32,000 nucleotides of DNA, from contig NZ_CP065936.1 in the NCBI RefSeq assembly GCF_003367075.2, forward strand, positions 990,001 to 1,022,000. Reading direction: 5' to 3'. Of this stretch, positions 23,302 through 32,000 are shown one piece after another. The notes under the pieces were generated by a model. It was not told the DNA's origin. It did no database searches and was given only the letters and a program-made list of their open reading frames with translations. Numbering within the stretch: position 1 is the stretch's first letter; the number at the start of each line of letters is the position of its first letter. This DNA is from Cylindrospermopsis raciborskii Cr2010 (GTDB taxonomy: Bacteria; Cyanobacteriota; Cyanobacteriia; Cyanobacteriales; Nostocaceae). The translations under genes were made by a program, and so were the position numbers.

Positions 23302-24228
23302 TTAACTTGCAGTTTGGACCCCGAGTGTGAGAACCTGCTGCATTTTGACAATGGGGATCTCCACATTGACATTTTCTTGTTGTAGCCAAAGTTTTAAAGC
23401 TGCTGCACCTTGTTGCACCAGCATTTCCAATCCATCCAGTGCGATCGCACCCTGTGCTTGTGCTAATTGTAAAAATCGGGTTGGTTTGGGAGTGTAGATT
23501 AGGTCATACGCGATCGCATGGCTAGGTAATTTATGTAGTTGGTCTTGAGTCACAGGTGATTCATCTGTGTTTGGGTACATACCAATGGGTGTAGTATTGA
23601 CTAATAAGTTACTTTGAGGGATAAGCTGTGGTAATTGCTCCCAAGTATGGGTCTTTAGTTTATTAGTAAATTCATGAGCCAAGGGAGAATCTATCCAACT
23701 TTGCTCAAGTTGTTTTAATTTTTCCATATTCCTACCTACTAGGTGAATTTCTGCCATTCCCAGTTGAATACAACCAGCAACCACTGCTCTTGCTGCACCA
23801 CCGTTGCCTATAACTACCGCTTTCTTTTCATGCCAGTTTTGATTGTATGTAGTTTGTAGTGGTGCTATAAATCCTGCCACATCCGTATTTGTTCCTATCC
23901 ACCTCTCCCCTACACGAATTACCGTATTAACTGCACCTATAGCTTGAGCAACAGGAGATATTTCATGTAATAAAGGTATAATTGCCTGTTTATGGGGAAT
24001 TGTGACATTAAAACCAACCACACCAATGGAAGCAAAACCAGCGATCGCCTGTTGTAAATTATCCGGTGCAATGGGAAAAGGCAAATACACGTAGTCTAAT
24101 CCTAAGTGGTGCAAAGCTGAATTGTGCATCAAGGGTGATAGGGAATGCTCCACAGGATAGCCAATCACTCCCATAATTTTAGTTTTTCCAGTAATTCTTG
24201 GACAATGATCATATTCTTGGTCATTCAT
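23302..24228 (-). CDS. aroE: Shikimate 5-dehydrogenase
   Basis: Motifs are GVIGYPVEHSLSPLMHN, NVTIPHK, GTNTD, GNGGAARAV and TPIGM. Confidence 0.9.
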   Translation of the reverse strand: MNDQEYDHCPRITGKTKIMGVIGYPVEHSLSPLMHNSALHHLGLDYVYLPFPIAPDNLQQAIAGFASIGVVGFNVTIPHKQAIIPLLHEISPVAQAIGAVNTVIRVGERWIGTNTDVAGFIAPLQTTYNQNWHEKKAVVIGNGGAARAVVAGCIQLGMAEIHLVGRNMEKLKQLEQSWIDSPLAHEFTNKLKTHTWEQLPQLIPQSNLLVNTTPIGMYPNTDESPVTQDQLHKLPSHAIAYDLIYTPKPTRFLQLAQAQGAIALDGLEMLVQQGAAALKLWLQQENVNVEIPIVKMQQVLTLGVQTAS

Positions 24229-24308
24229 ACAATTAGGACGCTGACATTTTTAAAAACTTGAGGTAATTATACTAGTTTAGAAGACAAGTAGGAAAAATAC
24301 AAAGTAAG

Positions 24309-24341
24309 ATCCCCCTAGGTTCTGATGGAACCTGGGGGGAT
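24309..24341 (-). terminator. Strong GC-rich hairpin downstream of the Hsp20 gene
   Basis: ATCCCCCTAGGTTC-TGATG-GAACCTGGGGGGAT forms a 14-bp stem with one G-U. T-rich sequence flanks it on both strands. Confidence 0.55.
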
Positions 24342-24363
24342 TTTAACTAAGAACTAGGAAGAA

Positions 24364-24813
24364 CTAGGAATTGCTGCCTAAACTAACTTTCACCACTTTG
24401 CTTTTTTCTTCTACCAATTTGGGTAAGGTCAGATGCAAAATACCATCTTTGTAATCAGCAGTAACATTGGTGTTTTGAACAGGTACGGGAAGGGAAATCA
24501 CTCGGTGGAACTGACCATAATAAAACTCTGTCTTGGTTTTGTTTTTTCCCTCAACAGTAGTTTGAGACTTCCTTTCTCCGGTAATAGAAACTGAATCCTC
24601 TGTAACTTGAATATCCAGGTCTTTAGCTTCCATGCCAGGAATCTCTAGCTTGAGAACAATTGTGTCCTCAGTTTCAGTCATTTCTGCTGCTGGAACCCTA
24701 GCCACAGTATTTAAATCCTTTAAGCTAGTAGGTACAAAATCACCCAACAATTGGTTCAAATTACGTTCTAGGGTTTCTATTTCTTTCCAAGGACTGTAAC
24801 GAATTAGTGCCAT
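24364..24813 (-). CDS. Small heat-shock protein (Hsp20/alpha-crystallin family)
   Basis: The start is set at MALIRYSPW, the conserved cyanobacterial sHSP N-terminus; the ORF track extends to 24831. The alpha-crystallin core runs from LKLEIPGMEAKDLDIQV to GILHLTLPK. A GAGGAA RBS lies upstream. Confidence 0.9.
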   Translation of the reverse strand: MALIRYSPWKEIETLERNLNQLLGDFVPTSLKDLNTVARVPAAEMTETEDTIVLKLEIPGMEAKDLDIQVTEDSVSITGERKSQTTVEGKNKTKTEFYYGQFHRVISLPVPVQNTNVTADYKDGILHLTLPKLVEEKSKVVKVSLGSNS

Positions 24814-25256
24814 AACCGATTCCTCTGTCAATTTATTAGTAGTTTGTTTAGTGATTGCAAGAGTTTTATCAACCCTTTGACTATTATGTTATTCCTAGTT
24901 AAAAAAGATGTAAATTCGGCTCTCTCACTTATTTAATGATGATTACCGTACTTATAGTTTCCTAATATAAACGTATTCAAGCAAAAATGATTTTTGATAC
25001 TCAACGGGATCACTATCAACTAGTATATGTTGGATAGCCAGCATTTATTATTGCTCTTCAAAACCCTCATATTAGTGCTTATACAAAAAAACATTGATAT
25101 TTCCAATGAATTTCCGATCGCAAAAACCATATTCGTGACAATTGAGTTAGAATTATTAAAGGTTTGTTACAGAGCTGGCAAAAGACCCCCATTTCTGATA
25201 TGCAAGCCCTATCTAGTTCTCAAATATAAAAACTCAAAAACTCACAAAGGCTCTCT

Positions 25257-27050
25257 ATGACGCTCCCAATTCGTAACGTCGCCATTATCGCCCACGTTGA
25301 CCACGGCAAAACTACCCTGGTTGATGCTCTCCTGAAACAGTCCGGCATTTTCCGCGAAGGCGAAGACGTTCCGGATTGTGTCATGGACTCCAATGATCTA
25401 GAGAGAGAGCGAGGCATTACTATTCTTTCCAAGAACACTGCGGTTAAGTATAAAGATACCCTAATCAATATTGTGGATACTCCCGGTCACGCTGACTTTG
25501 GTGGAGAGGTGGAACGGGTTCTGGGCATGGTTGATGGCTGTATACTAATTGTTGATGCCAATGAAGGACCAATGCCTCAAACCAGGTTTGTGTTGAAAAA
25601 GGCTTTGGAAAAGGGCTTACGTCCCATTGTGGTAATTAACAAAATCGACCGCGCTAAGGCTGATCCCCATGTGGCTGTTGATAAGGTTTTAGACCTGTTC
25701 CTGGAATTGGGTGCAGATGATGATCAGTGTGATTTTCCCTATCTATTCGCATCGGGAATGGCTGGTTATGCTAAAGAAACCCTGGAAGCAGAATCCGTAG
25801 ACATGAAACCCTTGTTTGAGGCAATCTTACGCCACGTTCCCGCACCGGTGGGTGACCCCCTCAAACCACTCCAACTACAAGTTACCACCCTGGACTATTC
25901 GGAATATCTGGGACGGATTGTAATTGGTAGAATCCATAATGGTACTATTCGCGCTGGACAACAGGCAGCTTTAGTAACAGAAACTGGCAATATTGTCAAG
26001 TCCAAAATTTCTAAACTGATGGGATTTGAAGGCTTAAAGCGAGTAGAACTAGAAGAAGCTTCTGCTGGCTATATTGTGGCAGTAGCTGGTTTCGCAGATG
26101 CTTATATTGGAGAAACTATTACAGACCCCAATGAACCCCAGGCATTACCACTCATTAAAGTGGATGAACCAACCTTACAGATGACCTTCTGGGTAAATGA
26201 TTCACCCTTTGCTGGACAGGAAGGTAAACTGGTCACATCTCGTCAAGTGCGCGATCGCCTGTTCCGCGAACTAGAAACCAACGTAGCTTTAAGGGTGGAA
26301 GAAACCGATTCACCTGATAAGTTCCACGTATCTGGTCGAGGTGAACTGCACTTGGGGATCTTGATTGAAACCATGCGTCGGGAAGGATATGAGTTCCAGG
26401 TTTCCCAACCTCAAGTAATCTACCGAGAAGTTAACGGTCAACCTTGTGAACCCTACGAACTGTTAGTATTAGACGTTCCCGCTGATGCTGTTGGTAGCTG
26501 TATAGAACGTTTGGGTCAACGTCGAGGAGAAATGCAAGATATGCAACCAAGAGCAGGCGATCGCACCCAATTAGAATTTGTGATTCCTGCTCGTGGTTTA
26601 ATTGGGTTCCGGGGGGAATTTATGCGCATGACCCGTGGTGAAGGTATTATGAACCACAGTTTCCTGGACTATCGCCCCCTTTCTGGAGAAATTGAAGCCC
26701 GCAACAAAGGTGTGTTAATTGCCTTTGAAGAAGGTGTTTCCACATTTTACGCCATGAAAAACGCGGAAGACCGTGGTGTATTCTTTATTCATCCTGGAAC
26801 CAAAGTCTACAAGGGTATGATTGTAGGTGAGCATAATCGTCCTCAAGACTTAGAACTGAATGTTTGTAAAACTAAGCAGTTAACTAACCACCGGGCATCG
26901 GGTGGGGACGAACTTGTGCAGTTACAAACACCAGTAGAAATGAGTTTAGAAAGGGCGTTAGAGTACATTGCTTCAGATGAGCTAGTAGAAGTAACACCCC
27001 AGTCCATACGTTTACGTAAGATGGTGAAGAAGCTGGCAAAACAAAGGTAA
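25257..27050 (+). CDS. typA: Translational GTPase TypA/BipA
   Basis: G1 is [10 protein letters not shown]3 is [12 protein letters not shown] and G4 is NKIDR. The protein is 597 aa and has a BipA-type C-terminal domain. Confidence 0.95.
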   Translation: MTLPIRNVAIIAHVDHGKTTLVDALLKQSGIFREGEDVPDCVMDSNDLERERGITILSKNTAVKYKDTLINIVDTPGHADFGGEVERVLGMVDGCILIVDANEGPMPQTRFVLKKALEKGLRPIVVINKIDRAKADPHVAVDKVLDLFLELGADDDQCDFPYLFASGMAGYAKETLEAESVDMKPLFEAILRHVPAPVGDPLKPLQLQVTTLDYSEYLGRIVIGRIHNGTIRAGQQAALVTETGNIVKSKISKLMGFEGLKRVELEEASAGYIVAVAGFADAYIGETITDPNEPQALPLIKVDEPTLQMTFWVNDSPFAGQEGKLVTSRQVRDRLFRELETNVALRVEETDSPDKFHVSGRGELHLGILIETMRREGYEFQVSQPQVIYREVNGQPCEPYELLVLDVPADAVGSCIERLGQRRGEMQDMQPRAGDRTQLEFVIPARGLIGFRGEFMRMTRGEGIMNHSFLDYRPLSGEIEARNKGVLIAFEEGVSTFYAMKNAEDRGVFFIHPGTKVYKGMIVGEHNRPQDLELNVCKTKQLTNHRASGGDELVQLQTPVEMSLERALEYIASDELVEVTPQSIRLRKMVKKLAKQR

Positions 27051-27069
27051 AATAATTGTGCCTCCCTAC

Positions 27070-28536
27070 CTAAATCTGTAAAATACGGGCAAAGAAGTCA
27101 GGAATGGGGAGGACAATTAGTAATAATAAAGCTATTGCCATCAACCCTAAAAAATCTCTTTTGTTGTCTAATTCTGTAATATCATTGAGAGCTGGTTCAT
27201 CAACTAGAGGAATAAACAATAACATAATTGCCCAGAATAAAAACTCTTGTCTAATAAAAGAAAGAATCAACAGAAGAAACCGAGCAAGTTGCCCGATTAA
27301 CATGGCAGTTCTCTGACCAAACATGGCATGAACAATATGACCACCATCCAATTGACCCACGGGCATTAAATTTAAGGCTGTGACTATTAGACCTAAAAGT
27401 CCCGCTACGGCTACAGGATGCAAATCTAGGGCTGAGTTAGCTGTTAATTGACCACCCAATACCAATTTAGATAGTAGGGCTAATAATATTGAATAACGAG
27501 GATTCAATGCGTCAGGATTTAAAATTCCTGCCTGTTGACTAATAGTCACGATTTCTGAATTGGCTAAACCCCACAATAGTAAGGGTAAAGTTGCCAAAAA
27601 ACCAGCCAATGGACCTGCTATACCCACGTCAAATAGAGCTTTTCGGTTGGGGATGGGACTTTTAATTTGAATAAATGCTCCAAATGTCCCCAAGAAAAAA
27701 GGTACGGGAATAAAATAGGGGAGGGTGGAATTGATTCTATACAATTTAGCAGTAAAATAGTGCCCCAGTTCATGAATACCCAAAATTGTCATTAACCCCA
27801 AAGCATAGGGTAAACCATAAATCATCAAAGACCAGTCAGCTTGTAATCTTCCTGCTTGAATTCCGGCAATTTGTACACCTATCCCAGTGGTGGTCACTAG
27901 GGTGAGTATTAATAGTGTTAATGCTGTGAACCCTTGGCGTAAATTGTCTTTTTCTCTCTCTTGTCTATTGCCCTGTTTGTTGGGAATTAGAACAAAGAAT
28001 GGTTTGCCATCTGCTCCTTCTTGAAAAATGACCAAAAAGCGATCCGCAAATTCTCTTTCAATATTGGTCTTAATCTGCTGATAGGTTTCCTGGGGATTGC
28101 CTCGTAAATGTCCACGACATATTACTGCTTGAGGTCTATACTCAATACTATGAATATAATATAAGGACCAAGGAAAACAATTTCTCAGATTTGTCTCTTC
28201 TCCTATTTCAATTGGTCTCACTGGTGACTGCTGTGGTTCGCTATTACTTATTGATGTTGATTCCCTATTCTCAGTTTCTCTATTTCTTTGTCCCCTGTTT
28301 CCAGAAATAAACAAAATCCAACATAAGAACACACTTAAAAATACACACGCAACAATGAATACTAATGGCGGTGATTGGGTTGAACCATAGATAATTGTCC
28401 AAAGTTCCCAAATAATTGCTGGGGCCATTAATATCAACCATAATAACCAGACAGGAACGCGGGTTATATGGGAAAGGACGTTTCTCACTATAACATAGAT
28501 AAACAGTCCTAATAACACTAGAAACCAAGATGTCAT
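27070..28536 (-). CDS. Site-2 protease family (M50) membrane metalloprotease
   Basis: The HExxH motif is in a helix (GIHELGHYFTAKL). The protein is polytopic and has the later NLMPVGQLDGGH motif. Confidence 0.8.
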   Translation of the reverse strand: MTSWFLVLLGLFIYVIVRNVLSHITRVPVWLLWLILMAPAIIWELWTIIYGSTQSPPLVFIVACVFLSVFLCWILFISGNRGQRNRETENRESTSISNSEPQQSPVRPIEIGEETNLRNCFPWSLYYIHSIEYRPQAVICRGHLRGNPQETYQQIKTNIEREFADRFLVIFQEGADGKPFFVLIPNKQGNRQEREKDNLRQGFTALTLLILTLVTTTGIGVQIAGIQAGRLQADWSLMIYGLPYALGLMTILGIHELGHYFTAKLYRINSTLPYFIPVPFFLGTFGAFIQIKSPIPNRKALFDVGIAGPLAGFLATLPLLLWGLANSEIVTISQQAGILNPDALNPRYSILLALLSKLVLGGQLTANSALDLHPVAVAGLLGLIVTALNLMPVGQLDGGHIVHAMFGQRTAMLIGQLARFLLLILSFIRQEFLFWAIMLLFIPLVDEPALNDITELDNKRDFLGLMAIALLLLIVLPIPDFFARILQI

Positions 28537-28681
28537 ATTTTTTCAGATTTTTTCAGAGTTTGGGAGGTTCAGGATTTATCAGAAATATTGGACCCCAAAT
28601 GATCTATATTTGAAATTGATTAATGAACACGATTAATCCAGTATAATTGCTCTTAATTATTTTTCGAATCGTTATCAACTT

Positions 28682-29422
28682 ATGTCCTTAGCACCTCCAA
28701 CATCTAGTAATACAATAAAACCTCCACAAATTATACTATCTCAAGATCCGGAGGAGGAAGCAACAGTATCACCAGATACAAAATTTACCAATTCCCAAAA
28801 GTCAACCAAAATTTTAGCCTTTCCCCCAAATCGGGAAACTTTGGGTGGAACCTCCTATTTGATTGTCAGGAATGGGGGTAATATCCTCATTGATTGTCCC
28901 GCTTGGGAACAAATAGCTGGGAATCAGACCTACCTGCAAAAGGGTGCGGTACGTTGGTTGTTTATTAGTCATCGCGGTGCTATGGGTAAGGTTGCCCAAA
29001 TTCAACAAGCTCTTGACTGTGAAATTCTCATCCAAGAGCAGGAAGCCTATTTATTACCAGGTTTAACTCTCACCACTTTTAGTCAAGAACTGTCTGTTGA
29101 TCACACCACACAATTAATCTGGACTCCAGGTCATTCCCCAGGATCCTCTTGTCTATACTATCGCGAATTTGGAGGAATTTTATTTTCCGGAAGACATTTA
29201 GTCCCTAATCCCCAAGCTCAACTAGCACCATTTCGCACTGCAACAACTTTCCATTGGCCTAGACAACTCAAAAGTCTTGCTAAACTATGCGATCGCTTTT
29301 CTCCTGATACATTACAATACATCTGTCCAGGTGCTCATATTGGCTTTCTCCGGGGAAGATCTATTCTGGACCAAGGATATGAGCTATTGATGAATGGATA
29401 CCTTAATGCGCATCAAATATAG
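28682..29422 (+). CDS. MBL-fold (metallo-beta-lactamase superfamily) protein with a degenerate first metal motif
   Basis: Motifs are ILIDCP, LFISHRGAMG (in place of HxHxDH) and WTPGHSPGS. Confidence 0.5.
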   Translation: MSLAPPTSSNTIKPPQIILSQDPEEEATVSPDTKFTNSQKSTKILAFPPNRETLGGTSYLIVRNGGNILIDCPAWEQIAGNQTYLQKGAVRWLFISHRGAMGKVAQIQQALDCEILIQEQEAYLLPGLTLTTFSQELSVDHTTQLIWTPGHSPGSSCLYYREFGGILFSGRHLVPNPQAQLAPFRTATTFHWPRQLKSLAKLCDRFSPDTLQYICPGAHIGFLRGRSILDQGYELLMNGYLNAHQI

Positions 29423-29439
29423 CTTATACTCTATAATCG

Positions 29440-31182
29440 ATGGTTAATAATAGATTACTAATTATTGTATCAGTTGTAGGTGTGACCTTATCGGGATTAG
29501 CCACACTTATGATCAGTCATTGGGAAAAATCCAATCAGCAATTACGGTTCCAGCGACAAACTGAAAATCTAACCACAGCCTTACAACGTAGTTTAAATCG
29601 CTACATTGATATTATAGGATTTTTAGGAGACTATTACACCACAGATTATATACAAAAAGACAAAAAGCCAATTGATCGTTCATCCTTCAATAAATTTACC
29701 CATCGTTCAATCCAAATCTATTCTGGGATACAAGCTTTAGAATGGGCGCCTCTGATTTCCCACCAAGAGCGTTTTTCCTATGAAAAACAAATACAACTTG
29801 AAGGATACACAAATTTTCGCATTAGGGAATTAAACCAGCAAAATCAACTGGTAGTGGCTCAAAAACGTCCCTATTATTTTCCCGTAACTTATGTAGCGCC
29901 CTTCCAAGGTAATGAGTCTGCTTTCGGGTATGATCTTAATTCCCATCCTACTCGTAAAATAGCTATTAGTCAAGCTATTAAAACCAAACAGATAACCACT
30001 ACTGGGAGAATTCGTTTGGTACAAGAAAGACGGGATCAATTTGGATTTTTAGTTTTTTTACCAGTGGATGATCCACAGTCTAAAGAGAAGATGACATTGC
30101 CAATTAGGGGAGTTTTAATAGGTGTGTTTCGGTTGTCAGACGTAGTTGAAGAGTCCCTGAAAAACTTGCGATATAGCATTAACTTTATCATCCAAGATCA
30201 GGATGCAAAGTCAGGAGAAAAATTTCTGGGTCAGTATGACGCCACCCGTAAAACAGTTGTCAACCAATCCATACCAGTCACCAGAAATATCTATCACTAT
30301 TTTTTATGTTCCGATCCTCAAGTGTGTCAGAAAACTCTCAAAATGGGGCAACGAAAATGGAGGATTGAATTTTATCCATCACCAGATTATCCTGTAGAAC
30401 AACCCTACACCACTTTTGCCACTCTTATTATAGGATGTTTAATAACCAGTAGCCTGGTATTTTTCTTATATATTTTAAATCGAGATTTAGAAAAAACTAT
30501 AACTTTAAGTGAATTGAGATTTCGTTTTTTTTCCATGGCTTCCCATGAATTAAGAACTCCCTTGAGCACCATTTTATTATCTAGTGAAAGCCTGCAAATT
30601 AACTATGATCACCTGACAGAAACACAAAAACAATTTAATATTCAGCGTATTAACCTAACTGCTCGACAAATGAGCAGGCACATTAATGATTTATTACTTT
30701 TAAACAGATCCGAATTTCAAGAGTTAGAATTTCAACCTGAGATATTTAATTTAAAAGATTTTTGTCAGAAAATCATAGCAGAAATCCAGTTAACTACCGA
30801 TCACCCTATTGAGTTAGAATTTTCTCCTAAATTAACCCAAGTATTCTTAGATAAAAAATTGCTTCGTTCTATTCTAATTAATCTTCTAGATAATGCCATT
30901 AAATATTCCCCAAGTGCAATTCCAGTCCAACTGAGAATTACCCGAGAGGAAAAAAAAATTATTTGGCAAATTCAAGACTCTGGTATTGGCATTTCTCCCG
31001 ATGATAAACCTCATATCTATAACCCATTTTATCGAGGTAGTAATGTGGGAGAAATTGGGGGTACTGGATTGGGTCTAGCTATTGTCAGAGCTTGTATACA
31101 AAGACATAAGGGTGAATGGAAAATTGAAAGTGAACTAGGTCAAGGAACAGTGGTTATAGTGAAATTACCAATTTTTGAGTAG
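29440..31182 (+). CDS. CHASE-domain sensor histidine kinase
   Basis: There is an N-terminal TM helix, then a periplasmic CHASE-like region (YFPVTYVAPFQGNESAFGYDLNSHP...TTGRIRLVQ) and a second TM helix. The H-box is SHELRTPL, the N box is LDNAIKYS and the G box is GTGLGLAIV. Confidence 0.85.
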   Translation: MVNNRLLIIVSVVGVTLSGLATLMISHWEKSNQQLRFQRQTENLTTALQRSLNRYIDIIGFLGDYYTTDYIQKDKKPIDRSSFNKFTHRSIQIYSGIQALEWAPLISHQERFSYEKQIQLEGYTNFRIRELNQQNQLVVAQKRPYYFPVTYVAPFQGNESAFGYDLNSHPTRKIAISQAIKTKQITTTGRIRLVQERRDQFGFLVFLPVDDPQSKEKMTLPIRGVLIGVFRLSDVVEESLKNLRYSINFIIQDQDAKSGEKFLGQYDATRKTVVNQSIPVTRNIYHYFLCSDPQVCQKTLKMGQRKWRIEFYPSPDYPVEQPYTTFATLIIGCLITSSLVFFLYILNRDLEKTITLSELRFRFFSMASHELRTPLSTILLSSESLQINYDHLTETQKQFNIQRINLTARQMSRHINDLLLLNRSEFQELEFQPEIFNLKDFCQKIIAEIQLTTDHPIELEFSPKLTQVFLDKKLLRSILINLLDNAIKYSPSAIPVQLRITREEKKIIWQIQDSGIGISPDDKPHIYNPFYRGSNVGEIGGTGLGLAIVRACIQRHKGEWKIESELGQGTVVIVKLPIFE

Positions 31183-31187
31183 ATCAC

Positions 31188-31580
31188 TTATTGATGACAT
31201 AATTGATCATACTTTCGCCATCCACCATAAATAGTAATTTCTTTTTGTCCTGCTACTAAAAAAGGCTCTGCTAACACTCCTAAAACTACTTTTTTATCAT
31301 CCAACTCAATTTTACCCACACACAACCCTGGTGGTTCTTGTATTAAAATATCAGCAATTCCCCCTAAAGGAACTTGCCAAATCTCCACACTAATAGATTT
31401 ACCTCCTTCCACATCACGAAGCATTCCCGGATATTGATCCTTAATTGACCATAGACGATAGCAGGGTGCTGTGAAAGATTCTCGGTCAAAAACCGCACCC
31501 ACGTTCAGCAAATTATTATTTAATTTTAGTCCCCTCATTAGAGTACCATTTACAGCAAATTCAATCATATTACTTACCAC
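31188..31580 (-). CDS. Small protein resembling the allophanate-hydrolase C-terminal / gamma-glutamylcyclotransferase-like fold
   Basis: Motifs are FAVNGTLMRG...YRLWSI.D.YPGM...ISVEIW.VP. The resemblance is from memory only. Confidence 0.35.
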   Translation of the reverse strand: MVSNMIEFAVNGTLMRGLKLNNNLLNVGAVFDRESFTAPCYRLWSIKDQYPGMLRDVEGGKSISVEIWQVPLGGIADILIQEPPGLCVGKIELDDKKVVLGVLAEPFLVAGQKEITIYGGWRKYDQLCHQ

Positions 31581-32000
31581 TCCAGTGTATCAGACGCTTT
31601 TCTAGTCCTAAAAATAGCATGTTCAGCAGGTAGCCTAAACTCCCTGTAATTAAAATTGATGCGTACATGTCCCGAACATTTAAAATCTGTTGAGCATCAA
31701 TAATGCGCTTTCCTAATCCTTGTTGACTACCAATAAACATCTCAGAAACAATCACAATCACAAGAGCAATACTAATTCCACTGCGCAGACCAATAAAAGT
31801 TTGTGGTAAACTCTCCAACAATAATACATCCTTGAAAATTTGCCAACGATTTGCTCCCATAACCCTAGCAGCTAAAATTCGAGATTGTTTGGCATGAATT
31901 ACTCCGTAAGCACTATTGAAAACAATTAATAAAAAAGCACTAAATCCAGCAATTACCACCTTAGAAAAATCACTAATGCCAAAAAAGAGAATAAACAAGG
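31570..32000 (-). CDS. ABC transporter permease (NitT/TauT-like binding-protein-dependent family), 5' end outside the window
   Basis: The C-terminal 142 aa have an EAA-like loop context (ARVMGANRWQIFKDVLLLESLP) and several helices. The ORF runs off the window edge. Confidence 0.65.
   Translation of the reverse strand, partial: LFILFFGISDFSKVVIAGFSAFLLIVFNSAYGVIHAKQSRILAARVMGANRWQIFKDVLLLESLPQTFIGLRSGISIALVIVIVSEMFIGSQQGLGKRIIDAQQILNVRDMYASILITGSLGYLLNMLFLGLEKRLIHWSGK

Noticed and set aside
24814-24900. RNA thermometer in the hsp20 5' leader, as known for Synechocystis hsp17
   Set aside because: I could not find a convincing anti-SD pairing against the GAGGAA RBS by eye. It would need folding software and a mapped TSS.
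25027-25260. 77-aa ORF upstream of typA
   Set aside because: It is AT-rich intergenic sequence between divergent hsp20 and typA. It has no recognisable motif or RBS and ends overlapping the typA start. It is more likely promoter or leader DNA.

Overview
The window is cyanobacterial. It has 13 perfect HIP1 octamers (GCGATCGC), and the housekeeping genes and an IS605-type TnpB relic look like a filamentous Nostocales-type host. That taxonomic guess is unverified.

Both ends are ordinary chromosome. The left end (1-3.0 kb) carries a sucD/sucC-like pair and cysC. The right end (22.8-32 kb) carries a UPF0175/DUF3368 toxin-antitoxin relic, aroE, a small Hsp20, typA/bipA, an M50 protease, an MBL-fold protein, a CHASE histidine kinase and an ABC permease.

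Between them lies a ~19 kb accessory glycan/glycolipid locus (about 3.4-21.1 kb). Duplicated fragments of the flanking housekeeping genes bracket it.

The left arm of the locus (3.5-8.4 kb) is AT-rich and host-like. It encodes GT2, GT4, a GT2 with a transmembrane tail, and an FAD oxidoreductase.

The core (8.45-19.93 kb) differs in composition. Sampled 60-nt lines reach ~53-62% GC against ~25-40% around it, and it holds 1 perfect HIP1 site against 12 in the rest of the window. The core encodes:
- a Wzm/Wzt-type ABC-2 exporter, with a C-terminal extension on the ATPase
- three tandem PhyH-fold dioxygenase paralogues; the third is fused to a class I SAM methyltransferase
- a decayed TnpB insertion
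- a UbiA-superfamily prenyltransferase-like membrane protein
- an 838-aa double-GT4 glycosyltransferase
- a fourth PhyH-fold protein

A very AT-rich GT-C-like membrane protein abuts the core convergently, and their stop codons overlap.

This core is my best candidate for an undescribed system. Its architecture resembles the E. coli O9a-type ABC-transporter-dependent pathway (bi-domain GT4 polymerase, methyltransferase terminator, Wzt with a recognition domain). The difference is that the tailoring and termination enzymes are PhyH-fold proteins, three of which lack the canonical metal-binding carboxylate.

All family calls rest on motifs read by eye from the supplied translations. No HMM, BLAST or structure search was run.
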